Assembly: GCA_020629375.1 (NCBI GenBank)
Contig: JAHDDK010000017.1
Span: forward strand, 78-64,077
Reading direction: 5' to 3'
From: Acidimicrobiales bacterium
Lineage (GTDB): Bacteria > Actinomycetota > Acidimicrobiia > Acidimicrobiales > SHLQ01
Length of the DNA stretch: 64,000 nucleotides
Part shown: piece after piece, positions 1-9,723 of the stretch
Layout: each line of letters starts with the position of its first letter
Numbering within the stretch: position 1 is the first letter of the stretch
The notes under the pieces: model-generated
Database searches by the model: none
What the model saw: the letters and a program-made list of their open reading frames with translations, nothing else
Told to the model about the DNA's origin: nothing
Program-made: the position numbers and the translations under genes

Positions 1-408
1 GACCGAGGTCCCGTCTGGATTGTCGAGCGAACCAGTGACGTTGCCAAACGAATCATGCTGTGTGATGCGACCAAGGCCGAGGCTGGCGACGAAGTAATCC
101 CCGTCGAATGCGGCCAAGCTGTCGGGACGACGGACCACGTTGTTGGAGGCTTCGGTGCGCCAATCGCCGCCGTCATCGGTGACGATGTAGAGGCCGTCGA
201 ACTGACCGCAGCTCCGTACGGCGATCGCATTGCCGTTGGCCACCATGCGATCGGGCCAATAGCAATCCGGCGTCGAGGAGGCGACCGGGCCAGCAGCTAC
301 GGACTCACCGCGCTCCGCAACGACGAGAGCTACGGCTTCGGAGTCCGGATGAACGAGCCACTCGTCATAGTCGGCACCAACGACGCGTGCGAAGACTCGT
401 TCTGGCAA
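1..408 (-). CDS. hypothetical protein, 3' end outside window (Gly/Asp-rich, beta-propeller-like)
   Basis: Own minus-strand translation: LPERVFARVVGADYDEWLVHPD...CYWPDRMVANGNAIAVRSCGQFDGLYIVTDDGGDWRTEASNN... This frame has higher third-position GC than the listed + ORF 55..474. An in-frame TGA lies at 409-411. The only start candidates are TTG 406-408 or an internal ATG. Confidence 0.3.
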   Translation of the reverse strand, partial: MPERVFARVVGADYDEWLVHPDSEAVALVVAERGESVAAGPVASSTPDCYWPDRMVANGNAIAVRSCGQFDGLYIVTDDGGDWRTEASNNVVRRPDSLAAFDGDYFVASLGLGRITQHDSFGNVTGSLDNPDGTSV

Positions 409-672
409 TCAGACATCCTCGACTCGTTCCTCGACATCGACATTGCCGAGATGAGCAGCTCTTCGAGCGAGTAAGGCTCGAAGAGCCGGACAACGGCTCG
501 TCGTCCACCGCGTGGATCACTCCGGCTTCAGTTCAGCGCGTAGACGTCGATCCGACTGCGAAGTCGATCATCGAGCAGCGATACGCCCACCACGCTGCCT
601 CCGACCGCGATCTGCGGCAAGGACATGACAAGTCGACGGCCATGGCTACGAGAACCAGCGACGCTGCTCGAA

Positions 673-1095
673 TCAGGGCCACACCGTCGGATCGGCGAAC
701 TCGACTTCGATGATCGGGGCCTTGTCGACGAGCAGATCGATCGACTCGCCTTGCTCCCGGTACCACTGCGTCGAGGGGTGCGTCATGATCGCTCGGCGAT
801 CATCCGGATCGGTCACGACGTGGGCAACCGCCTCGAGCTCGGTCGACATCGACTCCTTCAGCCGGAACACGAAGTTGGGATGCGCGGTGAGATTCGCCAC
901 CCAGTCACGAACGTGGCGACCCCGACCACCCGTGATCGAGCCTGCGGTGCCGCAGATGATGATCCGATCGTCGACTCGCATGAACCAGATCTCCGTCGTG
1001 CGTCGGAGGCCGCTCTTCGCCCCCGTCGTCACGATGTCGATGGTCATATCGGTGCGCAAGGCGTCCCGAATCGCCGCCAGGTTGTCCATCACCAA
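673..1095 (-). CDS. deazaflavin (F420)-dependent nitroreductase family protein (DUF385-like)
   Basis: 140 aa. The segment TIDIVTTGAKSGLRRTTEIWFMRVDDRIIICGTAGS resembles the conserved N-terminal core of this small actinobacterial family. Confidence 0.7.
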   Translation of the reverse strand: MVMDNLAAIRDALRTDMTIDIVTTGAKSGLRRTTEIWFMRVDDRIIICGTAGSITGGRGRHVRDWVANLTAHPNFVFRLKESMSTELEAVAHVVTDPDDRRAIMTHPSTQWYREQGESIDLLVDKAPIIEVEFADPTVWP

Positions 1096-1158
1096 AGTCT
1101 GGCATCTCCCGGTCGGCCTGTCTGAAGAGTTTGGTGTCAGGGGCGAGCGCTCATCGGG

Positions 1159-1512
1159 TCAATACGCCTCGAACCGAGCGCTGAGGTCGGCCATGTCGTC
1201 GGGGTCTCCGGTCAGGATGAATGTTCCGAGGCTCGCCGCCACGACGGCGAGATGGGCGTCGACGACATCGGAGGTCTCGGATTCGGCGAGTTTCAAACCA
1301 ACCGGTACCGCATCGTCGAGCGCGTGAATCTCGAAGTTTCGGAGCGCCCTTGCGAGGTTCGCCTGCCGTCCGGGCTGACGCCACACTTGGGCGAGCACCG
1401 GATGGGTGGTGTGGAGCTCATCGTCTCGTTCGAGTGCTCGTTTGATGAGCGCCCACAGGCGCGAGTTCACACGCTCGCCATCGACGATGAACGGGGTTGC
1501 ATCGACGATCAA
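1159..1512 (-). CDS. vapC: PIN-domain ribonuclease toxin (VapC-like)
   Basis: 117 aa. It has the N-terminal MIVDATPFI acidic PIN signature. It overlaps the upstream small antitoxin ORF by 4 bp. Confidence 0.75.
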   Translation of the reverse strand: MIVDATPFIVDGERVNSRLWALIKRALERDDELHTTHPVLAQVWRQPGRQANLARALRNFEIHALDDAVPVGLKLAESETSDVVDAHLAVVAASLGTFILTGDPDDMADLSARFEAY

Positions 1513-1775
1513 CGATCGACCTGTTCCTTCTCAACGCCTTGCCGATCGAGAACGGCATCCGCCCAGTCCAGGTGCGCCTGATCGATCGGGCCGTCCTTGG
1601 CCTCCCAGTCGGCGATGAGATCGAGCATCGCCTGACGACGGCGTCGGCGTTGCACCTGCGCCATCAGCGACCGCTTGATGGCAAGGGTCTTTGTGCCGTC
1701 GAGTTCGACGAGCTCGGCGAGTGCCGCTTGCATCTCGTCGTCGAAGTTGATCGTCGTCTTGACTGCCATACACAT
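1509..1775 (-). CDS. vapB: type II antitoxin (VapB-like, ribbon-helix-helix type)
   Basis: 88 aa. MAVKTTINFDDEMQAAL is a typical antitoxin N-terminus. Its stop overlaps the PIN gene start. Confidence 0.7.
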   Translation of the reverse strand: MCMAVKTTINFDDEMQAALAELVELDGTKTLAIKRSLMAQVQRRRRRQAMLDLIADWEAKDGPIDQAHLDWADAVLDRQGVEKEQVDR

Positions 1776-1802
1776 ATGGTATCGAGGGCATACCTGTATG
1801 GT

Positions 1803-2807
1803 TCAAGTGAGGGTCGGGAGTCGGAGGCTCGAGTTTGCTCCATGATCGAGGGCTGCCGGACCATCCGACCCGAAGCGGTGGAAGCCGGCTGCCGCGACCA
1901 TCGCCGCGTTGTCGGTACACATCGACCGGCTCGGGATGAACGCCTTCAGCCCATCCTCGGCAGCGACGTCGAGTGCTCGCTGCCGTAGCGATGAGTTGGC
2001 GGCCACTCCCCCGGCCAAGCACAGACCCCGGGCACCGGTCTCGGCCATGGCGCGACGAGCCTTCGTGATCAACACGTCGACCACTGCTTCCTGAAACGAC
2101 GCCGCGACGTCGGCCGTGTCGACATCCGGGTTCTTGCGCACATGGTTGACGACCGACGTCTTCAGACCCGAGAACGAGAAGTCGTAACCGTCGTTCTTCA
2201 TGCCCCGCGGGAACGCGATCGCCTGTGGATCGCCCTCGGCTGCAAGCGCATCGATGGCTGGGCCACCTGGGTAGCCGAGCCCGAGGTAGCGGGCGACCTT
2301 GTCATACGCCTCGCCCGCCGCGTCGTCGAGGGTTTGGCCGAGCAAGCGGTACTGCCCGTGTCCCTCCATGAGGACGAGCATCGTGTGCCCACCGGAGACG
2401 AGCAGCGTGATGAGCGGCAACTCGAGGTCCTGATCCTCGAGAAACGCCGAGTACAGGTGCGCTTCGAGGTGATTGACCGCCACGAACGGCCGATCCCAAA
2501 CCAGGGCAAGTGACTTGGCCGTGCTGACGCCGATGAGGAGCGACCCGATCAGGCCGGGCCCGACCGTCGACGCCACCGCCGTGAGGTCGCCGGGTTCGAC
2601 CCCCGCCTCGACCATCGCTTGGGCAACGACGGGCACCATCATCTCGACGTGTGCCCGACTGGCGACCTCGGGGACGACACCGCCGTAGCGGGCATGAATG
2701 TCGATCTGGCTCGACACGACCGACGAACGCACGTCGTGCCCGTCGGCGACGACGGCCGCAGCCGTCTCATCGCAGCTCGTTTCGATTCCGAGGATCAGCT
2801 CCGGCAC
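1803..2807 (-). CDS. tsaD: tRNA N6-adenosine threonylcarbamoyltransferase TsaD
   Basis: ILGIETSCDETAAAVV...HLEAH...GGVAAN motifs are present. The track ORF 1803..3563 was trimmed to GTG at 2805-2807 because the upstream 250 aa are Arg/Pro-rich and overlap rimI. Confidence 0.9.
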   Translation of the reverse strand: MPELILGIETSCDETAAAVVADGHDVRSSVVSSQIDIHARYGGVVPEVASRAHVEMMVPVVAQAMVEAGVEPGDLTAVASTVGPGLIGSLLIGVSTAKSLALVWDRPFVAVNHLEAHLYSAFLEDQDLELPLITLLVSGGHTMLVLMEGHGQYRLLGQTLDDAAGEAYDKVARYLGLGYPGGPAIDALAAEGDPQAIAFPRGMKNDGYDFSFSGLKTSVVNHVRKNPDVDTADVAASFQEAVVDVLITKARRAMAETGARGLCLAGGVAANSSLRQRALDVAAEDGLKAFIPSRSMCTDNAAMVAAAGFHRFGSDGPAALDHGANSSLRLPTLT

Positions 2808-3349
2808 GAAAACACTCCTCCGGCCAGTTCGGTCGACAGTTCGACAGGGTCGGGCCACTCCATCGCGTCGAGTCTGGCGGGCCAGCCGTCGGGTGAGTCG
2901 TCGATGGGCGGCGACCACAAGATCAGCGCGTCGTCGCCGGTGTCGGCGTAGTAGCCGGGGCGTACACCGACGGGTGCAAGCCCGAACGATCGGTACAGGC
3001 CGAGCGCCGCATCGTTGCCGGCGCGGACTTCGAGGGTCAGACCCCGCATCCCCGCCTCGCACGCCACCCGGGCGAGCGCCAACATGATGGTTCGGCCGTG
3101 CCCATGGCCCTGTGCGGCCGGATCGACTGCGATAGTCGACACGTGGGCTTCGTCGGCCAGGAACAACACGCCGCCATGGCCGATCACCCGACCTCGCTCG
3201 ACCACGACGACATGGGTTCGGTCGGGTCCGGTGATCTGATCGATCGTCATCTGCCGCGACCATGCGGTCGGATACACCTGCCGGTCGATGCGTTGAATGT
3301 CGTTGACGTCTTGGAGCTCCGCGTTGCGCAACAACAGCTTCGGGTTCAT
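2795..3349 (-). CDS. rimI: ribosomal-protein-alanine N-acetyltransferase RimI (GNAT)
   Basis: 184 aa with GNAT core AVDPAAQGHGHGRTIM. It sits between tsaB and tsaD as in other actinobacteria. Confidence 0.85.
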   Translation of the reverse strand: MNPKLLLRNAELQDVNDIQRIDRQVYPTAWSRQMTIDQITGPDRTHVVVVERGRVIGHGGVLFLADEAHVSTIAVDPAAQGHGHGRTIMLALARVACEAGMRGLTLEVRAGNDAALGLYRSFGLAPVGVRPGYYADTGDDALILWSPPIDDSPDGWPARLDAMEWPDPVELSTELAGGVFSCRS

Positions 3350-4044
3350 CGGTTGTCCCGGGTTTGCCAGTTGATCTCCGCGTCCGGTTTGCGCAGATAC
3401 AGCGGCTGGATCTCACTCGGCGACACGAACTCCTCGCGGAGGGCCCGGGGATGTGCGAGTTCGACAAGCGACCGAGCTGAAGGGTGCGCCGTCCCCGGTC
3501 CGGCGAAGTCGACACTCGCAACCGGTTCGAACACCTCGCGATAGCGGATCCCGCCGTCACCAACCATCAGCACGTCTTCGCCACCGGCGAGAAGCTCCGC
3601 GGCAAAGTCGTCAGGCTGCCACACCGCAGGCTCGGAGATGCGCTGCACTCCGCCGGGCACCGATCGATACCGGGCAGCGAACACTTCGCCACGACGAGCG
3701 TCGTAGCAGGCGGCGATCTGTTTCGGGCTGTGACGAACGGCGAACGCTCCGAGGTCGAGGCTCGATACGCCAATCATGGGCACGCCGAGCGCATGGGCGA
3801 CCGCCATGGCCGATGCAATCCCGACCCGGAGGCCGGTGAAGAGCCCCGGACCGACGTCGACCGCAACGACGCTGATCTCGGATATCTCGACCCGAGCTTG
3901 CTCGCACACGAAGGCGATCTGCGGCGTCAGGTTCTCGGCATGACGCCGATCCCGCGAACTGTGGGCCGATGCGAGCACCCCTTCGTGTCCGCCGATCGCA
4001 ACGCCGACCTGTGCCGTCGCCGACTCGATGCCGAGGACCAACAT
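3346..4044 (-). CDS. tsaB: tRNA threonylcarbamoyladenosine biosynthesis protein TsaB
   Basis: MLVLGIESATAQVGVAI...AVDVGPGLFTGLRVG. It overlaps rimI by 4 bp. Confidence 0.85.
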   Translation of the reverse strand: MLVLGIESATAQVGVAIGGHEGVLASAHSSRDRRHAENLTPQIAFVCEQARVEISEISVVAVDVGPGLFTGLRVGIASAMAVAHALGVPMIGVSSLDLGAFAVRHSPKQIAACYDARRGEVFAARYRSVPGGVQRISEPAVWQPDDFAAELLAGGEDVLMVGDGGIRYREVFEPVASVDFAGPGTAHPSARSLVELAHPRALREEFVSPSEIQPLYLRKPDAEINWQTRDNR

Positions 4045-4532
4045 CAGCGATCACCGTCGCGCGGCACGTCGAGCACCTTCGCCAGCGCCGACTCTCGAGC
4101 AGCCCACCGAGGGCCAACGGGCACGAACTCGATGAGACGATCGTCGTCTCCCTCTCCGAACGTGAACCGCACCTCGAGGTAGTCCGCAGGCAGCATCGGC
4201 ACGATCACGTCGCCCCACTCGATCAGCACAATCCCGCCCGAGTCCAGGAGGTCTGGGAGGTCGAGGTCGAGCGCTTCGGCCATCTGATCCAGCCGGTACA
4301 CATCGAGGTGATGAAGAGGCAACCGACCCTGATACTCACGGGCCAGGGTGAAAGTCGGACTCGTCATTGGCTCGTCGACGCCGAGCGCAGCGCCGAACGC
4401 CTTCGAGAAGGCCGTCTTGCCGGCACCGAGGTCACCCACCAGCAACAGGACGTCGCCTGCGGCCGCATGCTCGGCGAGCGCTGCGGCGATGCCCGCAGTG
4501 TCGGCAGGGCTGGAAGAGGCGACCAAGAACAT
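4044..4532 (-). CDS. tsaE: tRNA t6A ATPase TsaE
   Basis: P-loop GDLGAGKTAF followed by SPTFTL...HLDVYRL. Confidence 0.85.
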   Translation of the reverse strand: MFLVASSSPADTAGIAAALAEHAAAGDVLLLVGDLGAGKTAFSKAFGAALGVDEPMTSPTFTLAREYQGRLPLHHLDVYRLDQMAEALDLDLPDLLDSGGIVLIEWGDVIVPMLPADYLEVRFTFGEGDDDRLIEFVPVGPRWAARESALAKVLDVPRDGDR

Positions 4533-4545
4533 GTCGCGGCTGAGT

Positions 4546-5460
4546 CTACGGATTCGGGTCCTCAGCCACGGACACGATCGCCCGATGCATCGTCGACGCG
4601 ACCAGCGTCCGAAGGCGACTCATCCCGACGACGTCGAGCGGTTCGGCACTCGGGTCGGCGTGTGAGACGACGACGACCGCGTCCCCGTCGAAGGGCGCAT
4701 GAGCGGGAAACAGCGCACGGGCGAATCCGTCGTGGGCGCCCTCAGCCAAGATTCGGCACTGCGTTTTGGTGAGCGATGCGTCGGTGGCAATCACGCCGAT
4801 CGTGGTGTTTTCGCCAATCGGTGCCGGCGCTGTGGGCCAGTCGAACGATTTGTCGATTTCTGCGGTCAGCTCCACTCCGCCATCTCGGACGATCTCGCCG
4901 AATGCGTTGACGACCACGAGAGCGGCGACCGTCATGCCATCGGTCGAACCCGTCGCGGCCGCGAAGCCCGACGGTTGCGCCTGATCGACACCGCGCCATT
5001 TCGCCGTGGTCGCCCCAGTGCCTCCGCCGACCGCTCCGGGTTCGAAGGTCGTGTCCGCAGTGCGCCACGCAGCCCCGCCGTCGCTCGCGGTCGGCGCCGT
5101 CGTCGAGTCACCGACGCCGAGGTCGTAGATCGACATCCCCACGACGATCGGGACCGGCCCATGCGCGGTCGGGTGACCCAGGTCGGCCGATCGGAGTTCG
5201 GTCATCACGCCGTCGGCTGCGGCCAGACCAAACGCCGACCCACCCGACAAGACAACAGCGTCGACCGACTCGACGCTTCGTCGAGGGTCGAGCAGTGCGA
5301 ACTCACGCGTGGCTGGCGCGCCGCCACGCACCTCCCCCGATGCAACGTTGGGACGATCGAACGCCACCACGGTGCATCCGGTCTTGCCGGCCGGGTCGGT
5401 CGAGTGCCCAACCCGCATCCACGAGAACGGAGAGGTTGCCCGCTGATCGACGTCATCCAC
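4546..5460 (-). CDS. P1/S58 family peptidase (DmpA-like aminopeptidase)
   Basis: VLSGGSAFGL and NTTIGVIATDASL motifs. Confidence 0.7.
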   Translation of the reverse strand: MDDVDQRATSPFSWMRVGHSTDPAGKTGCTVVAFDRPNVASGEVRGGAPATREFALLDPRRSVESVDAVVLSGGSAFGLAAADGVMTELRSADLGHPTAHGPVPIVVGMSIYDLGVGDSTTAPTASDGGAAWRTADTTFEPGAVGGGTGATTAKWRGVDQAQPSGFAAATGSTDGMTVAALVVVNAFGEIVRDGGVELTAEIDKSFDWPTAPAPIGENTTIGVIATDASLTKTQCRILAEGAHDGFARALFPAHAPFDGDAVVVVSHADPSAEPLDVVGMSRLRTLVASTMHRAIVSVAEDPNP

Positions 5461-5487
5461 GGGCTCAGTCTCGCGTGCGGATCGGGA

Positions 5488-6651
5488 TCAGACCCGCTCC
5501 ATACGCCAGGCCTCACGCCAGCCGAGCATCCGGTCGGTGTGGATCACCGAGCGCACATAGATCCGCTCGGCGAGCCAGAGTGCAGCGAGCGCACCCACAC
5601 CGGTGACGAGCATCGAGCCGACGATTTCCCACCAGTCGACCGCGCGGGCCGCGATGCGGCCGGGCATCGCAAACGGGGCTGACAGCGGGATCCACGACAT
5701 GACCTTTGCCGCCGTACCGGTCGGTTCGCCGGCCGCGAAGATCGATGCGAAGTAGCAGATCATCAAGATCACCATGATCGGGCTCAACGTCGACTGGGCG
5801 TCCTCCTGACGAGGAGCGAGCGACGACGCCGCAGCAAACACCGACCCGTACAGGAGGTATCCGAGCAAGAACCACACGAAGGCGGTGCCGATCAGCGTGA
5901 ACGACAACGCTGGCACCGCGTCCGAACCGAAGATCCGTGCCGCGACGATCGACGCTATGGCGAGCACGGCGACCTGGATCACGCCCAGCAGCCCGATGCC
6001 AATGATCTTGCCGAGCAGAAGATCTCGCGCCCGGACCGACGCCAGGACGAGCTCGACGACCTTCGTCGACTTCTCCTCGAAGACCGCCATCATGATGTAG
6101 GCGCCCGTCGCTTGGATGGCGATGAACATCAAGATCACCGACATGAAGGCCACGCGCTCGCGAACCTCCTGATCGGGATCGGCATCGAGTTCTTCGATCT
6201 CGATCCCGCCGGCGGACAGCGCCTGCCCGATCTGCTCTCCGGAGAGTCCTGCGTCGGACAACCCGTTGACCAGGGCGAGCTGCTCGAAGGCCGGCGACAC
6301 GATCGCCACGACGTAGTTGTCGATTTGTTCGAACAGCAACGTCGATCCATCGAGCACACCATCGACATCTCCGGCGACGAGTGCGGCCTCGGCTGCCTCA
6401 CGTCCGGCGAAGGTCTCGAACTCGACCTCTTGATCGTCGAGCTCGGCGATCGATTCGATCGTGGCACTCAGCCGTGGGTCGAGCTCGGTGGTCGAGCCGA
6501 GGCGAACTGGATCATCGCCGCCGAGCGTCGAGCCAAGACCGAAGATTGCGAAGATGATCGCAACCGTGACGATCTGGGCGATCACGAACGGGCGGCTCAG
6601 AATGCGAGTGCTTGCCTCACGGCGGCTCACCAACCGGACGGCGCGATTCAT
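5488..6651 (-). CDS. ABC-2 type exporter permease (NatB-like)
   Basis: 387 aa. It has an N-terminal TM helix, a large extracytoplasmic loop and a C-terminal multi-TM block. It overlaps the upstream ATPase gene by 4 bp. Confidence 0.7.
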   Translation of the reverse strand: MNRAVRLVSRREASTRILSRPFVIAQIVTVAIIFAIFGLGSTLGGDDPVRLGSTTELDPRLSATIESIAELDDQEVEFETFAGREAAEAALVAGDVDGVLDGSTLLFEQIDNYVVAIVSPAFEQLALVNGLSDAGLSGEQIGQALSAGGIEIEELDADPDQEVRERVAFMSVILMFIAIQATGAYIMMAVFEEKSTKVVELVLASVRARDLLLGKIIGIGLLGVIQVAVLAIASIVAARIFGSDAVPALSFTLIGTAFVWFLLGYLLYGSVFAAASSLAPRQEDAQSTLSPIMVILMICYFASIFAAGEPTGTAAKVMSWIPLSAPFAMPGRIAARAVDWWEIVGSMLVTGVGALAALWLAERIYVRSVIHTDRMLGWREAWRMERV

Positions 6652-7586
6652 GACGCCACCTCCTCGCGGCTCGATCCGTTCGAGTGGGCGACCGCGAGTT
6701 CGGTGAAGACGTCTTGGAGCGATGGCAGCCCGTAGTCGAAGCGGGTCACGTCTCCGACGCCGCGTACTGCGGCGAGCGCAGCCTCGAGATCGACCGAATC
6801 AGTGACCGTCAGCGACGCCACTCGACCGTCTTCGATCGAGAGGTGTTCGGGGGAAGCGAACGGAGCGACGGCTGCTTCGAGGGCGGCCGCAGGTTCGGCG
6901 AGCTCGATCTCGAGCGAATGGACTCCGGCCGACCGCCGGACATCGTGGACCGAGCCAGTCGCCACGATCCGGCCGCCGAGAATGATGACCAGCTCATCGC
7001 AGAGCCGTTCGACGAGATCGAGTTGATGCGAGCTGAACAACACGCCGGTGCCCGCCTCGACACGAGCCTCGAGCACGTCTTGCAACGTGTTGACCGCGAC
7101 CGGATCGAGCCCGTTGAACGGTTCGTCGAGGACGAGGAGCTCGGGGTTGGTGCACAACGACACGGCGAGCTGCACGCGCTGCTGGTTGCCGTGGCTCAAC
7201 TTCTCGAGCGGATCCTTCAATCGGTCCTCGAGATCGAGCGATCCCAGGATCTCCTCGGCCCGGGCCGTCGCCGTCTTCCGGTCGACGCCCTTGAGCTCAG
7301 CGAAGTACGCCACCTGCGCCGCGATCGGCATCTTCGGATAGAGACCCCGTTGTTCGGGCATGTACCCGAAGACCTCACGAGTCTTGGTGTCGACCTCGGA
7401 CCCGTTCCACGTGATCGTGCCTGCCTCGGGTGCCACGAGCCCGAAGATCGACCGCATCGTCGTCGACTTGCCGGCGCCATTTGGGCCCACGAAGCCCACC
7501 ATCCGTCCGGCAGGGACATCGAAGGACACATCGTCGACCGCTTGAAGGTCGCCATACCGTTTGGACAGGTTGCGGATTTCGAGCAT
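6648..7586 (-). CDS. ABC transporter ATP-binding protein (NatA-like)
   Basis: Walker A GPNGAGKST, signature LSHGNQQR, Walker B LLVLDEP. Start taken at MLEIRNL. Confidence 0.9.
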   Translation of the reverse strand: MLEIRNLSKRYGDLQAVDDVSFDVPAGRMVGFVGPNGAGKSTTMRSIFGLVAPEAGTITWNGSEVDTKTREVFGYMPEQRGLYPKMPIAAQVAYFAELKGVDRKTATARAEEILGSLDLEDRLKDPLEKLSHGNQQRVQLAVSLCTNPELLVLDEPFNGLDPVAVNTLQDVLEARVEAGTGVLFSSHQLDLVERLCDELVIILGGRIVATGSVHDVRRSAGVHSLEIELAEPAAALEAAVAPFASPEHLSIEDGRVASLTVTDSVDLEAALAAVRGVGDVTRFDYGLPSLQDVFTELAVAHSNGSSREEVAS

Positions 7587-7717
7587 GCAGCAATCATGCA
7601 CGACCGCTGGGGCGTTTCGAATCGGTCCTGGGTGGGTTCGGCTTCAACCGATTGGCGGAGCGATGGTCATCCCCGCGACGGATCCCGGGTTTCTCGCCCA
7701 TCGATACCATTCGAACC

Positions 7718-9067
7718 GTGACCCGTCTCGACTCGCTGGTGCGATCGCTTCGGGCCTCGTCGCGTGCGGTCTTGGCAATCGAGTTCGTCCTGGCGTGTGT
7801 CGCTGTGTTCTACGTGTGGGCCGAGTATCAAGTGTTCTCGAGCGGCGACGTGCGTTTCGGCCCCACCGAACCAGCCGGATTCGCGCTCTCGATGCTGCTG
7901 TCGTGCACCGGCATCGTTGCCACGCTGTTGAGGCGCCGATGGCCGCTCGTGATGGCCGTGCTCGGCCCGGCCACGCTCATTGCGATCCGCGAACTCGACG
8001 TACCCGACCTAACGGTCTCGTCCGTCGTATTGGTCCTCACGCTCTACGCCGCCGGCCGATACGGCCGAGACGACCGCCGAAATGTCGTGCGAGCGATCGT
8101 CGCCATCGCCATGATCGTGGTCGTCGTCCGCGACGCCTGGATCTCGTTCGACCAACTCGACACGCTCGGCGTCACCGTCCGCACCTACCTGTTCTCGATC
8201 AGCCAAGGAATCCTCGTCAACGTATTGCTCCTCGCCATCACGTGGTGGGCTGGCGACGCCGCCCGGAAGCGACACGAACGAGAGCAAGAACTCGCCGCCC
8301 GTTCGATCGAACTCGAGATGAGCCGCGCCGAAAACTCCCGACGGGCCGTCATGGACGAACGTGTCCGGATCGCCCGCGAGCTGCACGACATCGTCGCCCA
8401 CCACGTCAGCGTCATGGGCCTCCAAGCCGGCGCGGCGCGACGGATCGTCGACCACGACCCGGCAGCGGCCACCGAACCCCTGCTCGCCATCGAGGAATCG
8501 AGTCGCGAGGCGGTCGCCGAGCTCCACCGGCTGCTCGGCTTTCTGCGCCGCGCCGACGAAGTCGACCCCGACGGTGTCGGCCCAGACGCCCTCGATCCAA
8601 CACCAGGCCTCGAACGTCTGCCCGAGCTGTGTCGCCAACTCGAGGCGGCGGGACTACGAGTCGACCTCACTGCCACCGGCACCGTTCGGGACCTGCCGCC
8701 AAGCGCCGACCTGAGCGCGTTTCGGATCATCCAGGAAGGCGTCACGAACTCCCTGAAGTACGCCAACGTCGACTCGGTCGAGGTCGACCTCGACTACGGA
8801 GCGGACTCCCTCACCGTCGTGGTGCGCGACCGTGGCCGAGGCGCCGCGGCGGCCACGACAGACGCCGGATCCGGGCAGGGCCTTCGGGGCATGGCCGAAC
8901 GCGTTGCTCTGCTCGGCGGGTCACTCCGGCATGGCCCGAGGACCGGTGGCGGGTTCGAAATCACCGCCGAGCTGCCATGGCATGGGCGCGTCGACCCGGC
9001 GCCTGCCGCTCGACCGGCCGACACCACCGAACCCCAATCCGTGACCGCCAACAAGGACCTCGCATGA
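7718..9067 (+). CDS. sensor histidine kinase (NarL-type, HisKA_3)
   Basis: TM-rich N-terminus, H-box ELHDIVAHHVSVM and an ATPase G-boxes region. The track ORF 7430.. was trimmed to GTG 7718 because the upstream part overlaps the ABC gene. Confidence 0.8.
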   Translation: MTRLDSLVRSLRASSRAVLAIEFVLACVAVFYVWAEYQVFSSGDVRFGPTEPAGFALSMLLSCTGIVATLLRRRWPLVMAVLGPATLIAIRELDVPDLTVSSVVLVLTLYAAGRYGRDDRRNVVRAIVAIAMIVVVVRDAWISFDQLDTLGVTVRTYLFSISQGILVNVLLLAITWWAGDAARKRHEREQELAARSIELEMSRAENSRRAVMDERVRIARELHDIVAHHVSVMGLQAGAARRIVDHDPAAATEPLLAIEESSREAVAELHRLLGFLRRADEVDPDGVGPDALDPTPGLERLPELCRQLEAAGLRVDLTATGTVRDLPPSADLSAFRIIQEGVTNSLKYANVDSVEVDLDYGADSLTVVVRDRGRGAAAATTDAGSGQGLRGMAERVALLGGSLRHGPRTGGGFEITAELPWHGRVDPAPAARPADTTEPQSVTANKDLA

Positions 9068-9708
9068 TTCGGGTCGTGCTCGTCGACGATCAAGACATCG
9101 TCCGCAAGGGCCTCTCGCTCATCATGTCGTCAGAGAGCGACATCGAGGTCGTCGGCGAAGCAGCAACCGGCGAGGACGCCGTACGCCGAGTGGCATCGAC
9201 ACCGTGCGACGTCGTGCTCATGGACGTACAGATGCCGGGCATGGACGGGCTGGAAGCCACACGGCAGATCGTCGCCTCTGGCGCAGACACCCGGGTCTTG
9301 ATCCTGACCACCTTCGAACGAGACGAGTACATCTTCGAAGCGCTACGCGCTGGCGCAGCGGGCTTCTTGCTCAAGAACGCTCCGCCCGAAGAGATCATCG
9401 ACGCGATCCGGATCGTCGCCGGAGGCGACGCCCTGCTCAGCCCCAAGGTCACCAGTCGAGTCATCGATGCGTTTGCCACATCGATGCCCGCCCCGACCGA
9501 ACCACCCGCTTCGCTCGACCAGCTCACCGACCGCGAACACGAAGTGCTCTCGCTGGTCGCCGAAGGCCTGTCGAACTCCGAGATCGCCACCGCCCTGGTT
9601 CTCGGTGAAGCAACGATTAAGACCCACGTGTCGAGCGTGCTGTCGAAACTGCACCTCCGGGACCGCGTTCAGGCCGTCGTTTTCGCCCACCGCCACGGGA
9701 TCGTCTGA
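9064..9708 (+). CDS. response regulator, NarL/LuxR family
   Basis: MIRVVLVDDQ...VLMDVQMPGMDG receiver domain plus a LuxR HTH (LTDREHEVLSLVAEGLSNSEIA). An ATGA overlap links it to the kinase gene. Confidence 0.9.
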   Translation: MIRVVLVDDQDIVRKGLSLIMSSESDIEVVGEAATGEDAVRRVASTPCDVVLMDVQMPGMDGLEATRQIVASGADTRVLILTTFERDEYIFEALRAGAAGFLLKNAPPEEIIDAIRIVAGGDALLSPKVTSRVIDAFATSMPAPTEPPASLDQLTDREHEVLSLVAEGLSNSEIATALVLGEATIKTHVSSVLSKLHLRDRVQAVVFAHRHGIV

Positions 9709-9723
9709 ACTGGCCCTGCGGGA

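Noticed and set aside
55-474. 139-aa plus-strand ORF at the left edge
   Set aside because: It has lower third-position GC than the codon-aligned minus-strand frame, which gives a more protein-like propeller-type sequence.
2808-3563. N-terminal 250-aa extension of the tsaD ORF (track ORF 1803..3563)
   Set aside because: The extension is Arg/Pro/Ser-rich and overlaps rimI and tsaB in another frame. The conserved TsaD N-terminus (ILGIETSCDET) begins right after GTG 2807.
7690-7720. tRNA T-loop-like string (reverse complement GGTTCGAATGG)
   Set aside because: No acceptor, anticodon or D-arm pairing can be drawn around it. It lies in the promoter and 5' region of the kinase gene.
7561-9063. Upstream 500 aa of the 715-aa ORF 7561..9708, and likewise 11844..12530 of ORF 11844..13511
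   Set aside because: These are out-of-frame overlaps with the histidine kinase and phosphatase genes. Only the C-terminal parts (response regulator from 9064, oxidoreductase from 12531) have family motifs and proper start contexts.
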